A stretch of DNA of 64,000 nt from Torpedo marmorata (GCA_977017645.1 OZ360243.1:48856001-48920000); one strand, 5' to 3'. Positions 34,561 through 47,530 are shown, counted from the first letter of the stretch. Numbers and translations are program-made. The notes: generated by a model from the letters alone, not told the origin.

Positions 34561-35469
34561 AGCACCAACTCAGCTCCTCTCCCAGCACTGCTCCTTCTAA
34601 GAGCCTGCTTGTTGGGTTTGCATGACCCTGTCAAATGCGTGAGGGCCTGACTGTCATCTTGCAGCAGCTTCAGTGTGAAATGGGAAACTTTGGAGTGTTG
34701 CAGACTCTCACGCTGTTCTGCGTGTGTGAAATGGACAATGAGGAGCATTGATTAAGTTGTATAATGTCAAAAAATGGGGGAATTGGCTGATATATCAGAG
34801 CCCTGATGATATTCCCACTGCAGATTTGTACTCCTTCATTGCCTGTCTCAGCCTGGATTTTGTGGTCCAGGTCTGATCTTGTAGAGGCTGAGTGTGGTGC
34901 AGGCCTCTCCCATCTCTACGAGTGCTTCTTGTGCCTGACTGTCGCACTTTCTTTGGACCTTTATTAGGGTCTGAATTTTCATTCCACCCAGGTTGTTTTG
35001 ATGTGTCGGTAACTCCCCTCCCTCTCCATACTTCCTTTCCCCCCCCCCCCCACAACCCCCCATCTCAATTTCAACACTTTGCCATAGCTTCTTCCAACTC
35101 CGTTTAACTGAATTCATGCTGCAAAAAGAGTACCCTGTTGCTTAAGTTTTTTTTTTTGCTGTCTGGCATTTGTCTTCCTCCAAGAATCCCTGTTGCTGCT
35201 CAAAGCATTTCTGAAGGATATTGTGATTTCTCTGCTCCTCCTTACAACTTGTGTTTGCGCTGATGTCTCTGCTGTGTTTGCAACATGTTGTTTCAACTTG
35301 TCGACCACTTGTTGCACAGAATTGATATTATTCTGGATTCTTAGGATCGGAACAGTGCAATAAGAAGAGAATTATGGAGAATACTCAGCAGGTCAGGCAG
35401 AATCTAGAGAAAGAAAAATGAAGTTGATGTCCCCGACTAAGAACCCTGCACTTGTTTTTAGCAAAGGAG

Positions 35470-37480
35470 GACAAAGTGTTTTAAAAAGGAAACTGGAATA
35501 CAAGAGTAAGCTTGCAGGAATCATTTTTTTTTAAATGGCAGTAAAAGTCTCTCTGAATATTTAGTGATGTTGGTGAAGACAAATACAGTCGGAATTGGGA
35601 GAAGTTGTAATTGTGAGCAAAGAATTGGCAGAACAATTAAACATGTACTTTGATTTTTGTTTTTGCAAAGGACATGGATAACCTCCCAGACAGGTGAAGG
35701 AAGCAAGTGCCTAGTGAGAGGCAGAAATCTGAAGAAAACTTGCATGAGTATTAATTTACCTTGCATTAAAGTCTGACAGATTACAGGGCCCTGATAACCT
35801 AAACACAAAAGTACTAAAAGGAGTGACCTTGGAGATGGTGGCCATCTTCCAAAATATTCTGGAGCAGCTCCTGCATATTGGAGGCTGGCAATAGAACCCA
35901 ACATTTTTTTTCCTAAAAGATTGAATTGCAGACCAACGTTGACATGTGGAGAAAATGCTAGAATGTATTATTAATAAATGCAATAATGGAATACTTGAAA
36001 AGCATTAACAAGATTGGACAAAGTCAGCATGGGTTTAGGAAAGGGAAATTGTGCCTAACGAATTTATTGCCGTATTTTGAGAATGTAACTTGCTGATTAG
36101 ATAAGGAAGCTCCAGCGTGTTTGGTCTATTTAGGCTTTCGGTAGGTGTTTGATAAGGTTTCTGACACACAAGGATTGTGTATATATTTAAAGCACATCGA
36201 TTGAGGGCAATATTCTGGCAGGGTTTGAGAATTTTACAGACAGGAAATGGAGTAGGAATAACTTGTTTTCAGTGGGCGGGCAGGCAGTGACTATTGGGTT
36301 ACTACAGAATTGGTGTTTGGGCCATAGCTGCTCTTAATGTATTTCAATTACTTTAGATGTGGGGTGAAACACAAAAGTCTGCAGACTGTAGTGAAAAAAC
36401 AGAAATGCTAGAGGAACTCAGCAAGTCTCGCAGCGTCCATAGGAAGTAAAGATATGTAAACGACGTTTCGGGCCTGAGACCTTCTACCTTGAAGAATGGT
36501 TCAGGCCTGAAACATTGTTAGGCATCTTTACCTCCTATGGATGCTGTGAGACCTGCTGAGTTTGTCCAGTATTTCTGTGTTTTCACGACTTTAGATGTGG
36601 GAACCCGTTAAGTGATAGAGTTGTAAAGAACAGAAACGGGGCCTTCAGCTAACTGAGTCCACACCGTCCAGGTTCTCTCCCAAAACTAGTCCCACGTGCC
36701 TGCATTCAGCCCATATTCCTTTAAATCTCTCCTATCCACGTACCTCCAATGTGATTTTTGACAATTCAGGTGAGCTAGCAAATGCTTGGCAGAGGCAGTT
36801 TAACATGGATAGATGTGAGATTATCTCCTTTGGTTCTTAAAACATAGAAATGGAGATCATTTCCTGAATGGTGATTGGGGTAAGGGGAGGTTCACACAAA
36901 AGCTGAGTGTCCTTGTCCACCAGTTGCTGAAAGCAAGTGGCACAATGGGGCTCAGTGAGGATTTGAAGGCAAGGATGACCTGTTGCAGCTACATAGAGCC
37001 TTGGCGAGACCACATCTGGAGTTTTGTGTGAAGCTTTGGACTGGAAAGAATGTTCCTGCCATGCAGGGAGTTGACCAAATTTTTCTTAACTGATTCCTGG
37101 AATGGTAGTGCTGACTTGTGAGAAAAGATGAAGTTGATTAGACAAATGTTCATCAAAGTTTAAAACAAGGAAAGGAGATGTCCAAGAAACATAACATTCT
37201 GAGCCAGAGAGGCTGCAGAGAGGGTGTTCCTGAAGGCTGAAAATTGCTGAGCCAGGGGGCAGAGATCAGGATCTGGGTCACATCATTTAAAATGTCACCC
37301 AGAGGGTGGTGAACCTGTGGTAATCTCTGCCAGTGAAGGTGGTGGAGATGTGATCATTAAATATAATCAGGGAGTAAGTAGATGCATGTCTTAATGCTGA
37401 AGAGCTGTGGAGGGAGGGGAGGCAGTTGCTCAGGTTGGTGATCAGCCACGATCAGATTGTATGGCAGAGGGCCATGCTCG
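35470..37480 (+). mobile_element. Old CR1 LINE remnant, interrupted at 36364-36587
   Basis: Encodes SQHGFRKGKLCLTNLL at ~36022-36070; CR1-like 3' region CAGAGGGTGGTGAACCTGTGG. Confidence 0.75.
36364..36587. mobile_element. Palindromic (inverted) Penelope pLTR-derived insertion with 14-bp TSD
   Basis: TSD ACTTTAGATGTGGG at 36350-36363 and 36588-36601; arms ~36390-36485 and ~36489-36587 are imperfect reverse complements. Confidence 0.75.
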
Positions 37481-37639
37481 TTATCCAAACTTCTGGTTTT
37501 GGTTTCATGATTTTTTTCATTCACTCTGAATAGTGAACACTTTTGCATGTAATGCATTTTACATTTATTTTTATCATGTGCACCGAGATACAGTGAAAAG
37601 CTTTCTTTCAAAGGCCAGCGCTCCCATCTCACTCGCCTA

Positions 37640-37778
37640 CCTGCTTCTGCTTATACCTGACGAAGGACTCAGGCCCGAAACGTTGGTTTACCCTTTACTT
37701 CCTATGGATGCTGCATGACCTGTGGACTTTCTCCATCACGTTTGTGCATTGCACTCGACCCAAGCATCTGAAGACTTG
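37640..37778 (+). mobile_element. Penelope pLTR-derived fragment with hammerhead core CTGACGA...GAAAC
   Basis: CCTGACGAAGGACTCAGGCCCGAAACGTTGG at 37656-37686 followed by CTATGGATGCTGCATGACCTG. Confidence 0.65.
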
Positions 37779-38759
37779 TTTAACTCTTGGCTTCTCCTTT
37801 GCCACTGGCAGCAAACCAGTCTGTGACAGACTGCTGGGGAGAGCATGGGTGCTGAATGAAAGCTTTGAAATGAGATGGACGTGATTCTTGCTTGTGACCA
37901 TGTATTTGAAGGAATGTCATTAGTGATGTGTGCTAGGCTCACCATAACACAAAGGCACTGGAGAAATGGGGGGAAATTACTTGAATGATACCAGAAAAGA
38001 GAGAGATAACAAATCAGGAAAGAGTGCACAGGCCTTGGCTCTCTTTATCTTGAAATTGGAAAGACTGAGCAAAATAACAGGATTTTGTCGTGGTCAGTCG
38101 ACTAGATGTAGTGATGGTATCCCAGTGATACATCACAGAAGCAGGTCCTTTGCCCACTCCATGTCCACGTTGGCCATCTATATTGATTCTTTTACAGCAC
38201 CTGGTCCTTCACCTTCCAAGTCTTGGCAATTCAAGTGTTTGTCGAGATACAGGCACGGACCTTCCCATATCTGAGCTGCCTTGTGCACCATCTCTCAGTG
38301 ATTAGCAATTTTTCTGACTGTTGCTCTTGTACCTTATTGGTGAAATGGTGGAACGAGTGTTGTTCTGCTTTTTTCCAAATAAAAGGAGTGACCGATCAGG
38401 AAATAGTAAGATGTGAGGTCAGTACAAGGAAAAGTGCTGATTGGTGAGTTGTCTTTTGTTTTCAAACTATTTATTTCTGCTCGGTGTTGATCTTATAGGA
38501 GCAGGAAACCACTGACCTGTGGAATGCACATCCTGCGTCACATGGAAACTCCAGGACAATTCCTGTCATCTGGACAAACATGGGTGCAGGAAGTGCTGTC
38601 AGCTGGAGGAGCTTGATCCTGAGTGACAGTTGATGTTGCTGCAGTCTGGGTGTGTGTTCTGGGGATAGCGCGCTTCGGGAATTGATCAGCCCCCAGCCCG
38701 AGGAACTGGTTGAATGCCAGACTGTTCCATACAAAAAACAGGCTTGTAGTTCTGGAGAT

Positions 38760-39850
38760 CCCAGAGGAATGTGCTGTCTGATCAGTATTTGGCTCTGAGT
38801 ACTGATGGGGAGCCATTTACCTTGTGGAGTGCCAACAGCCAATGTCATCGTGCCATGGGTAACTCAACTGTACAGGGAGCTAGAAGGGCAACAGTAATGG
38901 GGATTCAATGGGACAGTGCTTCTGTGTTTGCAGAAGTGATTCCAGGATGGTACACTCTGGTGCTAAGGCAAGGAACCCATTGAATGGCAGCAGAAGATTC
39001 TGCAGGGGGAGGCTGAACAGCCAAGGGATATTAGTACCAATAACAAAGGATTGAATACAGGAGCAACTGGCCTGTAGGCAGATTTTTAAAAAAAAATAAA
39101 ATAAATTAGTACTTCTGGTGCCGTATACCAGGCTTTCTGTTGCTTTGGGGAGGTTTTAAACCAGTCTGTAGGGGATGAGGAGCTGAACGTGTTGAAGATA
39201 GAAAAGCAGGGGTAAGATGTCGATGGTCTGCTCAATTGGTCAGAAAAATGTTAAGCGGAATTTAATTCAGAAAGGTGAGGTAATGCATTTGGAGAGAATA
39301 TTCACTTAGCAGGAGAATGTTGAGAAGTACATCCACAGATCCTCAAAAGGCAGTGGTTTGCAAAGCCACAAGAGGCATTTTCTTTTCTAAGCTGAAACCG
39401 AATCAAAGAGCAGGGAGATGAACCCAAAACTGTATGCAACACTAGCTGGACCATAATCTGAATATTGGGATAATCAATTCTGGTTACCCCATTTACAGGA
39501 ACCTGCTTCCACTGCAGAGGGTGCAGAGGAGATTTGAAGAACTGGCCAAGACTGGAAAATCTTTGCTTTGAGGAAAGATTGCATGTTGCTCGGGTTGTTT
39601 TCTTTGGAGCAGAGGAAGCTGAAGGGAAACTAATTGTGGTCGATTAAATAGAATGAACAGGAAGAGCATATTTCCCACAGTAGAGAAGTTGAAAATTAGG
39701 GGCATAGATTTGAATGAATTGGTATAAAGATTAAAATGGGCATAAAGAAATATTTTTTGTCAGGAAATGGTATCTTATTGCATTGGGAAAGTACTTGGGT
39801 ATGCAGCTAAAGAGCTGTGAGTTGCAGGGTTATCGACCTATGGTGGTAGG
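38760..39850 (+). mobile_element. Old CR1 remnant (ORF1 esterase-like piece plus ORF2 3' part)
   Basis: RATVMGDS-type coding at ~38885 and EGVQRRF-like at ~39515; heavily decayed; boundaries approximate. Confidence 0.55.
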
Positions 39851-42800
39851 TTGGATTGTCGTCGTACAGTATGGAAATGGGCTCTACAGCCTTGCCAACC
39901 AACAGGCACTAATCTGGGTAAGGTTGGGTAAATCTTTCACGACTGGCAGGGACACAATGCGTCACAATGTGCTGTAAACTCTTTTCTGGTATTGACTTTC
40001 AGGTTTATGGCCATGTGTTGTGTAGCTGTTTTTTCAGCCCAATGAGCTCAATGTCTGCAGTGTGGAAACTTTTGTTTTGACAATGTGTAACATAACTATT
40101 TTGGCAATTGAATCTAGGCGAATAAGTGAAAAAGAAACGTGTTAATCAAATTTTGGGGTTAATTTGAGGTATTGTGGGCAGAGGAGTGGTTAGCATATGT
40201 TTTTCAAAAGGCACTTGACAGAGTAACCTCTGCTGAGCAAAGTTGAAGAGATGGTAGCAGTCTGAATGTAAAATTAGTTGGGGACATAATGAAGTATGGA
40301 GTGATAAATGATTTTTCCAGATTAGAGATGTACAGAATGGTGATCACTGGGTTAATACAAGAGGCACTTTATTAATGACCTTGACATCCTATATTTGATT
40401 ATTTTAAAGTTTGCAGATGAAACATTGAGCATACCAATAGAAACGGATAGATGTGGAGCAAATAATTCTTTATGCATTAAAGTGTGAAGTGATACTTTTT
40501 ATGTGAAAGAACAAAAAAGCATTTGATCGTAATTATATAATTTGGTGTTACAGAAACACTAATCGAATGCATGTGTAATTCTTTGAAAATAATAAAAGGG
40601 GCAGACAGCAATTTATTTTTGTAATATGTGGAATGCAATATAGTATGAATTTTTGTATTTAAAGCTTACAAAGCATGTATGGCCTTTGGAATAGTGGCAT
40701 GGGTGCCAAGAACAACATAATCTCTAGGATGACAGGGTCACAGGGAGAAGTGTAGGAGTTTTATTAGTGTCCAGTGGTGAGGGGACTTTCTTGTATGAAA
40801 AGATTGCAGAAGCTTCAAATTGTTTTGTATTGGAGCAAATTATTAAGGTGATTTAATATAGGTTTTCTACCAGAGGGCATTGATCTAAAAGGCAATTGAC
40901 ACGTGAAAGGCAGTGGAAAGTGCCTGAAATGCACTTCCTGAAAGGGTAAGGAAACCGATGCAAGTTTGCAATAGTTGAAAGTTTCAGATGAGAATTGGAT
41001 ATATAAAAAATGAAAGGGAAGAAAAAAAAATAGAGCAGTGGGGGAGAAGAGCAGGATTGTGGAATTGGGTAGCTCTTTTAAAGAACAGGCACAACCTGAG
41101 CTGCTTTGTCCTTCCTCTGACTTCTATGAAGAGTTAGTTTTGAACAATACAGAGACACAGTTGTTCAGGATAAAGATCACAGACAATCTAACTGCACAGT
41201 CATTCTTTGTTGGGGTAAACCCGCTATGTATGGAGTTGTTTATTCGAGGCAAAGATTATTCAATACAACTCTGCAGGAGGGCTGTCAGTTTATTCAGGGA
41301 AACAGTAATTTGGTGTAACAGTGCAGGATCTGTTCAATTAGGGTAAGGGTTGCCCATTGTCTGTCTATGTTCTGGTTTAAACAAATAACCCTTGCTCTGA
41401 ATAAAGAATGGAGTTGCTATTAATTTGGGCCATGGGGTTGCTGATGATTTGGTTGTTTGGAAAGGTAACTCTTTTGTCTTGTGTGTTTTTATCCTTTCAT
41501 GGTAAAGTATGAATGAATCTTCAGTCAAGCCAGATGAGCTTCTGTGTCAGCTTGTGCCTGAGCAAATAGTTTGGACTTTACATCACCTTCTATCTGTGCA
41601 GAATGTGTGCAGCAGACTGGTACACTCGTTGCGTCTCACTTGCTCTTGTTTTTGGTATTCAGTGCTTGCCATCCATGTCTTATGCTCTTAAGAGTGTGAG
41701 AGGGGGGATTAGATGGGAATGCAGAGAGTTGGAGGCATGTAGCTGATCTGATCTGGACAAATTGGTGGAAGTTGCAGATTTTTTTGAAGTTTATTGACTG
41801 GAATTTCTGACAGCATCGCTCCTTTCTGTGACAGAAGCAAGGGCCACTGGGAGCTTTGCCAAGACGGGTCTGGTGTTGGAGGAAATCCTTCTGTATTCTG
41901 CCTTGAGGGGGAGGGAAACATGAGGCTCTGAAATCCTTAGGATCTGCTGCCTGGCTGCACTGGAACATTACTGGCTGTGGCCCCAGATGAGTGAGAGTGA
42001 TCTCTGCAACAGCTGGGAAGTTGTGGCTCACAGGGAGAGAATTACTCATGGTGGGGGGTGGTTCCAGCACTTGTTTTGATCAAGCTTTGGATGATCACTG
42101 ACCAGAGTTCCTTTTTGATTTTATTCAATGTTGTAATTTTCCTGTGAATAATGCCTAAATATTGGGAGAGTCACAAGAACTTGAGAAAGAGAAGCAGGAG
42201 TGGACTGCTCTGGCATTTGATAAGATCGAGATTGATCTTTTCTCTTTTGCACAACCCAAAATGCCTTAATTACCTAAAGTTTAAATAAAATCTGTGTTGA
42301 ATATATTGAGTCTGCATAGTCCTCTTGTGTAGAGAATTCCAAAGATTCACAAAACTCCTGGGTGACCACATTTTTTGTTTCCCTTGATTGGCTGATGCTT
42401 ATTGTGTGACTAACCCTCTGCTCCAGACACTCCAGCTAAGGGAAACATTGCCGTCAAACCACACGAGCTTTTGCATGTTTCAAAGGGATCGCATATTAAC
42501 TTTCAGTAATATATTACAAAGACACAGAGGTCTCCCTTTTGGTCTTTCTCAGCATTTTTTCCCCCACCAAAGTAAACAACTTTGCATTCTCCCCACTTTG
42601 TTCTATCTGTCATTCCTTGTCTCTTCGATATCCCCTGAAGCCTCTGTGTGTCCTTCTCGATAACCACTCTGCCACTAAGCTTTCTATTATTATGAAATGT
42701 ATATATTCCCCTCATGCAAATCATTGATGTGGATTATGAACTGTTCAAGTCCCAGTAATGATATCTACAGCAACCTACAGTAATCTGAACCAAATAACTA

Positions 42801-43423
42801 ATTTTCTATTTTGTTTTCTGACCATTCACCAAATCTCCATACACCCCCAGCATATTACACAGTCTAAATATACACCATCAATTGGCTTGTCCTTGCAGGT
42901 ATCTCTTCTACCAATTACATCCTCAAATTACACTCTCAAAGATTTATCAAACAAGAGTTCCCTTTCATAAATCGTGTTGACTCTGCCCAATCCATTTATT
43001 TTTTGTCCTGCTACCATTTGGTGATGGATTCCAGCACTTTCCTTGCTGCTGCCATTGGTGGGGGTTGGGGGATTGATGATGGATTGTATTTGTGTGGAGG
43101 CGTGCACACAATTGATTAGTGATTGAACAAAACTTCCCCTCCACCATCTCATCAAACACTCCCAATGCAGGTACTGCATGGGTTTGGTGAGCTAGAGGTA
43201 CAGGTTCTGGGAAGAGATTTAAATAGGTTCACAGTGACCATCTCTGCAAGTCTTTCTGAATATGTTCCTTGAAGTTTTTTTTCCCCCTGTGTCAACTCTT
43301 TCACATCTGCCCTTCTGTCTCTCCTTACCACATGTTTTTGCCTTGTACTGTGAAAGATTATAACAACATTGTCTTAATGCTTTACTGTTGGTTCTAACCC
43401 AAGTACTGATTTTTAATTCACAG

Positions 43424-43672
43424 ACAGCAAGGCCATTGTGGATGGGAACCTGAAGCTCATCTTGGGCCTGATCTGGACTCTCATCCTCCATTACTCTATC
43501 TCTATGCCCATGTGGGAGGATGAGGATGATGAAGACATCAAAAAGCAGACTCCCAAGCAGAGATTGTTGGGATGGATCCAGAACAAAATCCCACAGCTGC
43601 CTATCACCAACTTTCACCGGGATTGGCAGGACGGCAAAGCACTGGGAGCATTGGTGGACAACTGTGCACCAG
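43424..43672 (+). CDS. flnc: Filamin C exon 2
   Basis: CAG|AC AGC AAG: (D)[28 protein letters not shown]...ALVDNCAP; donor G|GTAGG. Confidence 0.96.
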
Positions 43673-43950
43673 GTAGGAGGCAGCATTAGATTAATGGCTC
43701 TAGCGAATTACTGGAAAGTTTCTGAGTGGATAAGGTGGCGACAGAACTTGACGTGACTGCGAAGTTGACTGTATCAATTAGGGTCATTGAATTATCGGAT
43801 GTGTAGCTGCACACGGGTGAGGAGAGATTGAAGGCGAATGCTGGGGGATGGGGCAGGGTAGTTCACTGGTGAGAGTTTTGAAAGATCTTTGTGTTAGGAG
43901 GGTGACCTTGTACACAAACTGCTGAGAGCTAATGTAATACGACTGGGATT

Positions 43951-44166
43951 GTCTGATCTCTGGAGCTAAGCAGGCTCAGGACTGGTCAGTATTTGGAGGG
44001 GAGACCGCCAAGGAACACCAGGTGCTGTAGGTTTCTGTGAGGGGCACTGGACAAAGTAGCGACCCTCTGTCTGCCTTACGGTAGACAAAAATCAAAGAAT
44101 TTCATGTATGTTACATTCTAAATGTAGTATTACGTGACAATAATGGAACCTTTACCTTTTACCTTT
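43951..44166 (+). mobile_element. 5S rRNA-derived SINE (SINE3-type), 5'-truncated, inserted in a CR1 remnant
   Basis: 43951-44034 aligns with the 3' two-thirds of 5S rRNA (GTCTGATCTC..AGCTAAGCAGG..CTGGTCAGTA.TTGGA.GGGAGACCGCC..GGAA.ACC.GGTGCTGTAGG), followed by an unrelated tail ending GACAATAA...(ACCTTT)n. Confidence 0.85.
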
Positions 44167-45347
44167 ACAACAAGCAAGCAGGAAGCCAGCCTTTATTGCA
44201 CGAGCGTTTGTGTATTAAGGTAGTGATGTCTTGTTCCAGTTGTATAGCAACCTGATCTGAATCGGTTTGGAATACTGTATCCCAGTCAGATTTCTGAGGA
44301 CGGACATCTTTGTCGTGGACACTGTGCGGTGATTGATTGCCTGAGAGTGTCCTGGGATGATGGGTTTGTCAGATGAGGGGAAATTAAGCGGACTGAGCCT
44401 CTGCTCTTGAGTTTGGAAGAATAGGTGGTGAGCTCAATGAAACATCAATTGGTACTGGGTTTGACAGTGATGTTTTCCCCCAGCTCGGGTGCCGAGGACC
44501 AGGGGCCACAGTCTCAAAGCAAGTGGTCAGCCATTTGGGGAAAATGAGATTTCTTCACTTTATTAATGCATCGTTGGAATTGTCAACCCAGGAAATCTCT
44601 GCAGGCTCCATAGCTGAGTAGATTCAAGAGAGGGCAATAGATTTTTCGACATTAAAGGAATTGACAGATGGAAGTTAGTGTTGGAAAGGGGCATTGAGGT
44701 TAGAAAGTCAAATATCTTATGAAATGGCAGATCAGGCACAAGGGGTCAAATGGCCAACTCCCGCTTCTATTTCTTGTGCTTTTGAAAGACCCACCTTATG
44801 CACACTTGTTATGTTTTCCGTGCTACATTTTTCTTGAGTGAATCAGTTGGGGAATGTGACCCTTGCAGGCTGTATGAAAGTAGCAGTGAGGGATACGATG
44901 AAACAGGACTCGGTGCACCAACAGCTTATGAAGTGTGGATGGATTTGAAAATGCTGAATTGGTGAAGTTTAATAGAGCTGTGTACAATTAAAGATAAACA
45001 GAACCAGATGGGAGTTTGGCTGGCACAGTCCCCTGCAGCACTATTAGCCTTGAACAGGAGCAGTGATGCTGATCGAATGTTCACTCTGTCGTTGGTGTAA
45101 TTTGTTAATCAGTGAATGTACAAGGGATCAACTTCAATGAGAACTGCAACTTCTTGGTTCCCGATCCAAATTTGTGCATTAGGTGTTTTTAGAAGTGTCT
45201 AAGCAATTGCTAAGCTAAGTGTCTAAGCTAAACTGGGGAGTAGTGTGTCCCATGTAGTTTCTGGGTGTGAGGGCTCTCTCAGCTGTCGGAGGCAGGGATT
45301 TGGTGCCACGTTGCTCATTGTTTGAAAGGTGTTTGTTCTGCCCACAG

Positions 45348-45445
45348 GTCTATGCCCTGACTGGCAGGATTGGGACCCAAATCAACCTGTGGGGAATGCC
45401 CGGGAGGCCATGCAACAGGCTGATGATTGGCTGGGGGTTCCTCAG
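45348..45445 (+). CDS. flnc: Filamin C exon 3
   Basis: (G)[32 protein letters not shown]; AG/GT boundaries. Confidence 0.96.
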
Positions 45446-45656
45446 GTGAGTGTCTGCACTCTCCTCTTTGCATCTGTGCAGATACAACCGTATTGTGGAA
45501 CAATTTCATTGGAATCTCTTGCTCGCACAACACAAGGTTCCTTATTGCACTAGCTCTTTGAATCCAGACCATCCTCATACTTGCTTATCCTTGTGAGTTT
45601 CTCTTGTTTCACCCCTTACCAGCTCTCATCCCAAATCTTTGTTGCTCTCTCTGCAG

Positions 45657-45804
45657 GTAATTGCCCCTGAGGAGATTGTGGATCCCAATGTAGATGAACA
45701 CTCAGTGATGACCTATCTCTCCCAGTTCCCAAAGGCAAAGCTCAAGCCTGGTGCACCCCTCAGGACGAAACTCAATCCCAAAAAAGCCAGAGCTTATGGG
45801 CCAG
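45657..45804 (+). CDS. flnc: Filamin C exon 4
   Basis: [49 protein letters not shown]; donor G|GTAAG. Confidence 0.96.
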
Positions 45805-45949
45805 GTAAGGACATGCCCTTCTGTGATACCCCCCAACCTTGTCCGCTAACTATCCCATCTCTTTCTCAACATGGGGAATGTGCTCCCCAGTATTTCTATG
45901 CTGTATCCATCTGGGGGCACCCTTTTTAACCTGGAATAAGTGATGGATT

Positions 45950-46200
45950 GCAGTAAAAACACACCAGAATGCTGGAGGAACTCAGCCAGTCTTGCAGCGT
46001 CTATAGGAGATGTATTGCTGACGTTTCGAGCCCTTCTTCAAGGAATAAGCAAAAAAAAACAGGAAATCTCAGAATAGAGACAGTGCTGGCTGGGGGAGGA
46101 GTCCAGACGAACAAAAGGTGTTAATTGGATATGATAAGGGGAGAGGTGAGAATTTGTCTGTGTGAAAGGAAACGGAAAAGGAGAGAGACAGAGCTGGGGT
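45950..46200 (-). mobile_element. Penelope pLTR-derived fragment
   Basis: GAATGCTGGAGGAACTCAGC...GACGTTTCGAGCCCTTCTTCAAGG, same family as 30712 and 36364. Confidence 0.6.
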
Positions 46201-46380
46201 ATTGCGCTCTAAGCTTGGTTAAGCAGAAGACGAGTCTGGGTATATCTTTTGACTTGGGATAATGCAGAATGGTGTGTCAGCTTGACCATGGCCATAATCC
46301 TGTTGTGAGGGATGGTGGTATCGTTTGACCCAGTAGGAATGTTGTTGTGATATATTTTAATGCCTTGTGTTTGAACGTAG

Positions 46381-46499
46381 GGATCGAGCCACAGGGAAAC
46401 GTAGTCCTGAAGCCGGCAGAGTTCACAGTGGAGACTATCAATGCTGGTCTTGGAGAAGTCCTAGTCTTTGTGGAGGATCCTGAAGGCCACACTGAAGAG
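46381..46499 (+). CDS. flnc: Filamin C exon 5
   Basis: (G)[39 protein letters not shown]; AG/GT boundaries. Confidence 0.95.
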
Positions 46500-46712
46500 G
46501 TAACGAGTGTAGGAATTATCCATACTTTTTTGTTGGTATTTACAGCATGTCGATGTTATTGAGAAGACCATTTAATGCTCAACCCCACTTTGTTCCAGAG
46601 GGTGGACCATGACTGTGTTGGGATAGGATTGTAATGAATACATTTTGTCTGTGGCCTGGTGTGGCAGTGACCAGTTGCAGATCAACGTGACTGTTTTGTT
46701 TTCTTTGGACAG

Positions 46713-46790
46713 GCACGAGTGACCGCAAACAATGACAAGAACCGCACATACTCTGTTTCCTACGTGCCCAAAGTTGCTGGACTTCACAAG
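46713..46790 (+). CDS. flnc: Filamin C exon 6
   Basis: [26 protein letters not shown]; acceptor GACAG|, donor AAG|GTAAC. Confidence 0.95.
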
Positions 46791-47067
46791 GTAACTCTTT
46801 GATTATTCAAGATGGTTTACTCTGTCCAGAATGAGCTCTGCGTCCATCTTCATCTGTCTCATGATTATGCCCTGCCCTTGTGCACTGGCTGTCAATCAGT
46901 CCACTTGTAAGTTTTGGTCATGCATTGACTTGTAGGTCCAGCATTCCTGCCAAGCATTCCCTTCACAAGCAGCATAATGTTTAGGAGCTGCATGCCAATA
47001 GCATTTCCATGATGCAGGCTCATTGCCATAGGTTCAGCCTTCTGGAACAGTGAGGTACACCTTGGCT

Positions 47068-47179
47068 GTCGGTTATGTATTTCTACCTTTGCTACATAAA
47101 AGACACTGTTTGACCTGCTGAGTTTCTCCAGCATTTGTGTTTTTTACTTCAACCACAGTGTCTACAGATATTCGAGATT
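47068..47179 (+). mobile_element. Short Penelope-derived retroinsertion, 12-bp TSD
   Basis: TSD TACACCTTGGCT at 47056-47067 and 47180-47191; near-identical to 30715-30830 in the opposite orientation. Confidence 0.8.
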
Positions 47180-47530
47180 TACACCTTGGCTCTGCTCCCT
47201 TGCTTCCCATCCCCAATTAAAACCAATCAATCTGGACCTCTGAACCCAAAACTTGGAGCGGGGGAGGGAGTTTTTCCATATTTCCCCTGCCATTGTGTGA
47301 GGAAGTGGCTACTGATGGTCCTTCTGAAAAGGCCCAGTCTGGTTTTGGTGCCTTGTTCCCACCAAACCTGAGCAAGTAGTTTCTAAATACAGTAAAACCC
47401 CTGGTATCTGGCACCTATGGGGATTGGTAGATGCCGGTTAAGTGTATTTTCCGGTTGCTTGAGACTTACTCTTACAATGGCTAACTAATACACCTGCATT
47501 AAGATTAAATAGTTTAAAAGACAAAATTAC

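Noticed and set aside
33771-34748. Overlapping ORFs of 96-191 aa
   Set aside because: GC-rich retroelement body with no recognisable domain or splice structure
43951-44034. Functional 5S rRNA gene
   Set aside because: It lacks the 5' third, has many substitutions and is fused to a retroelement tail
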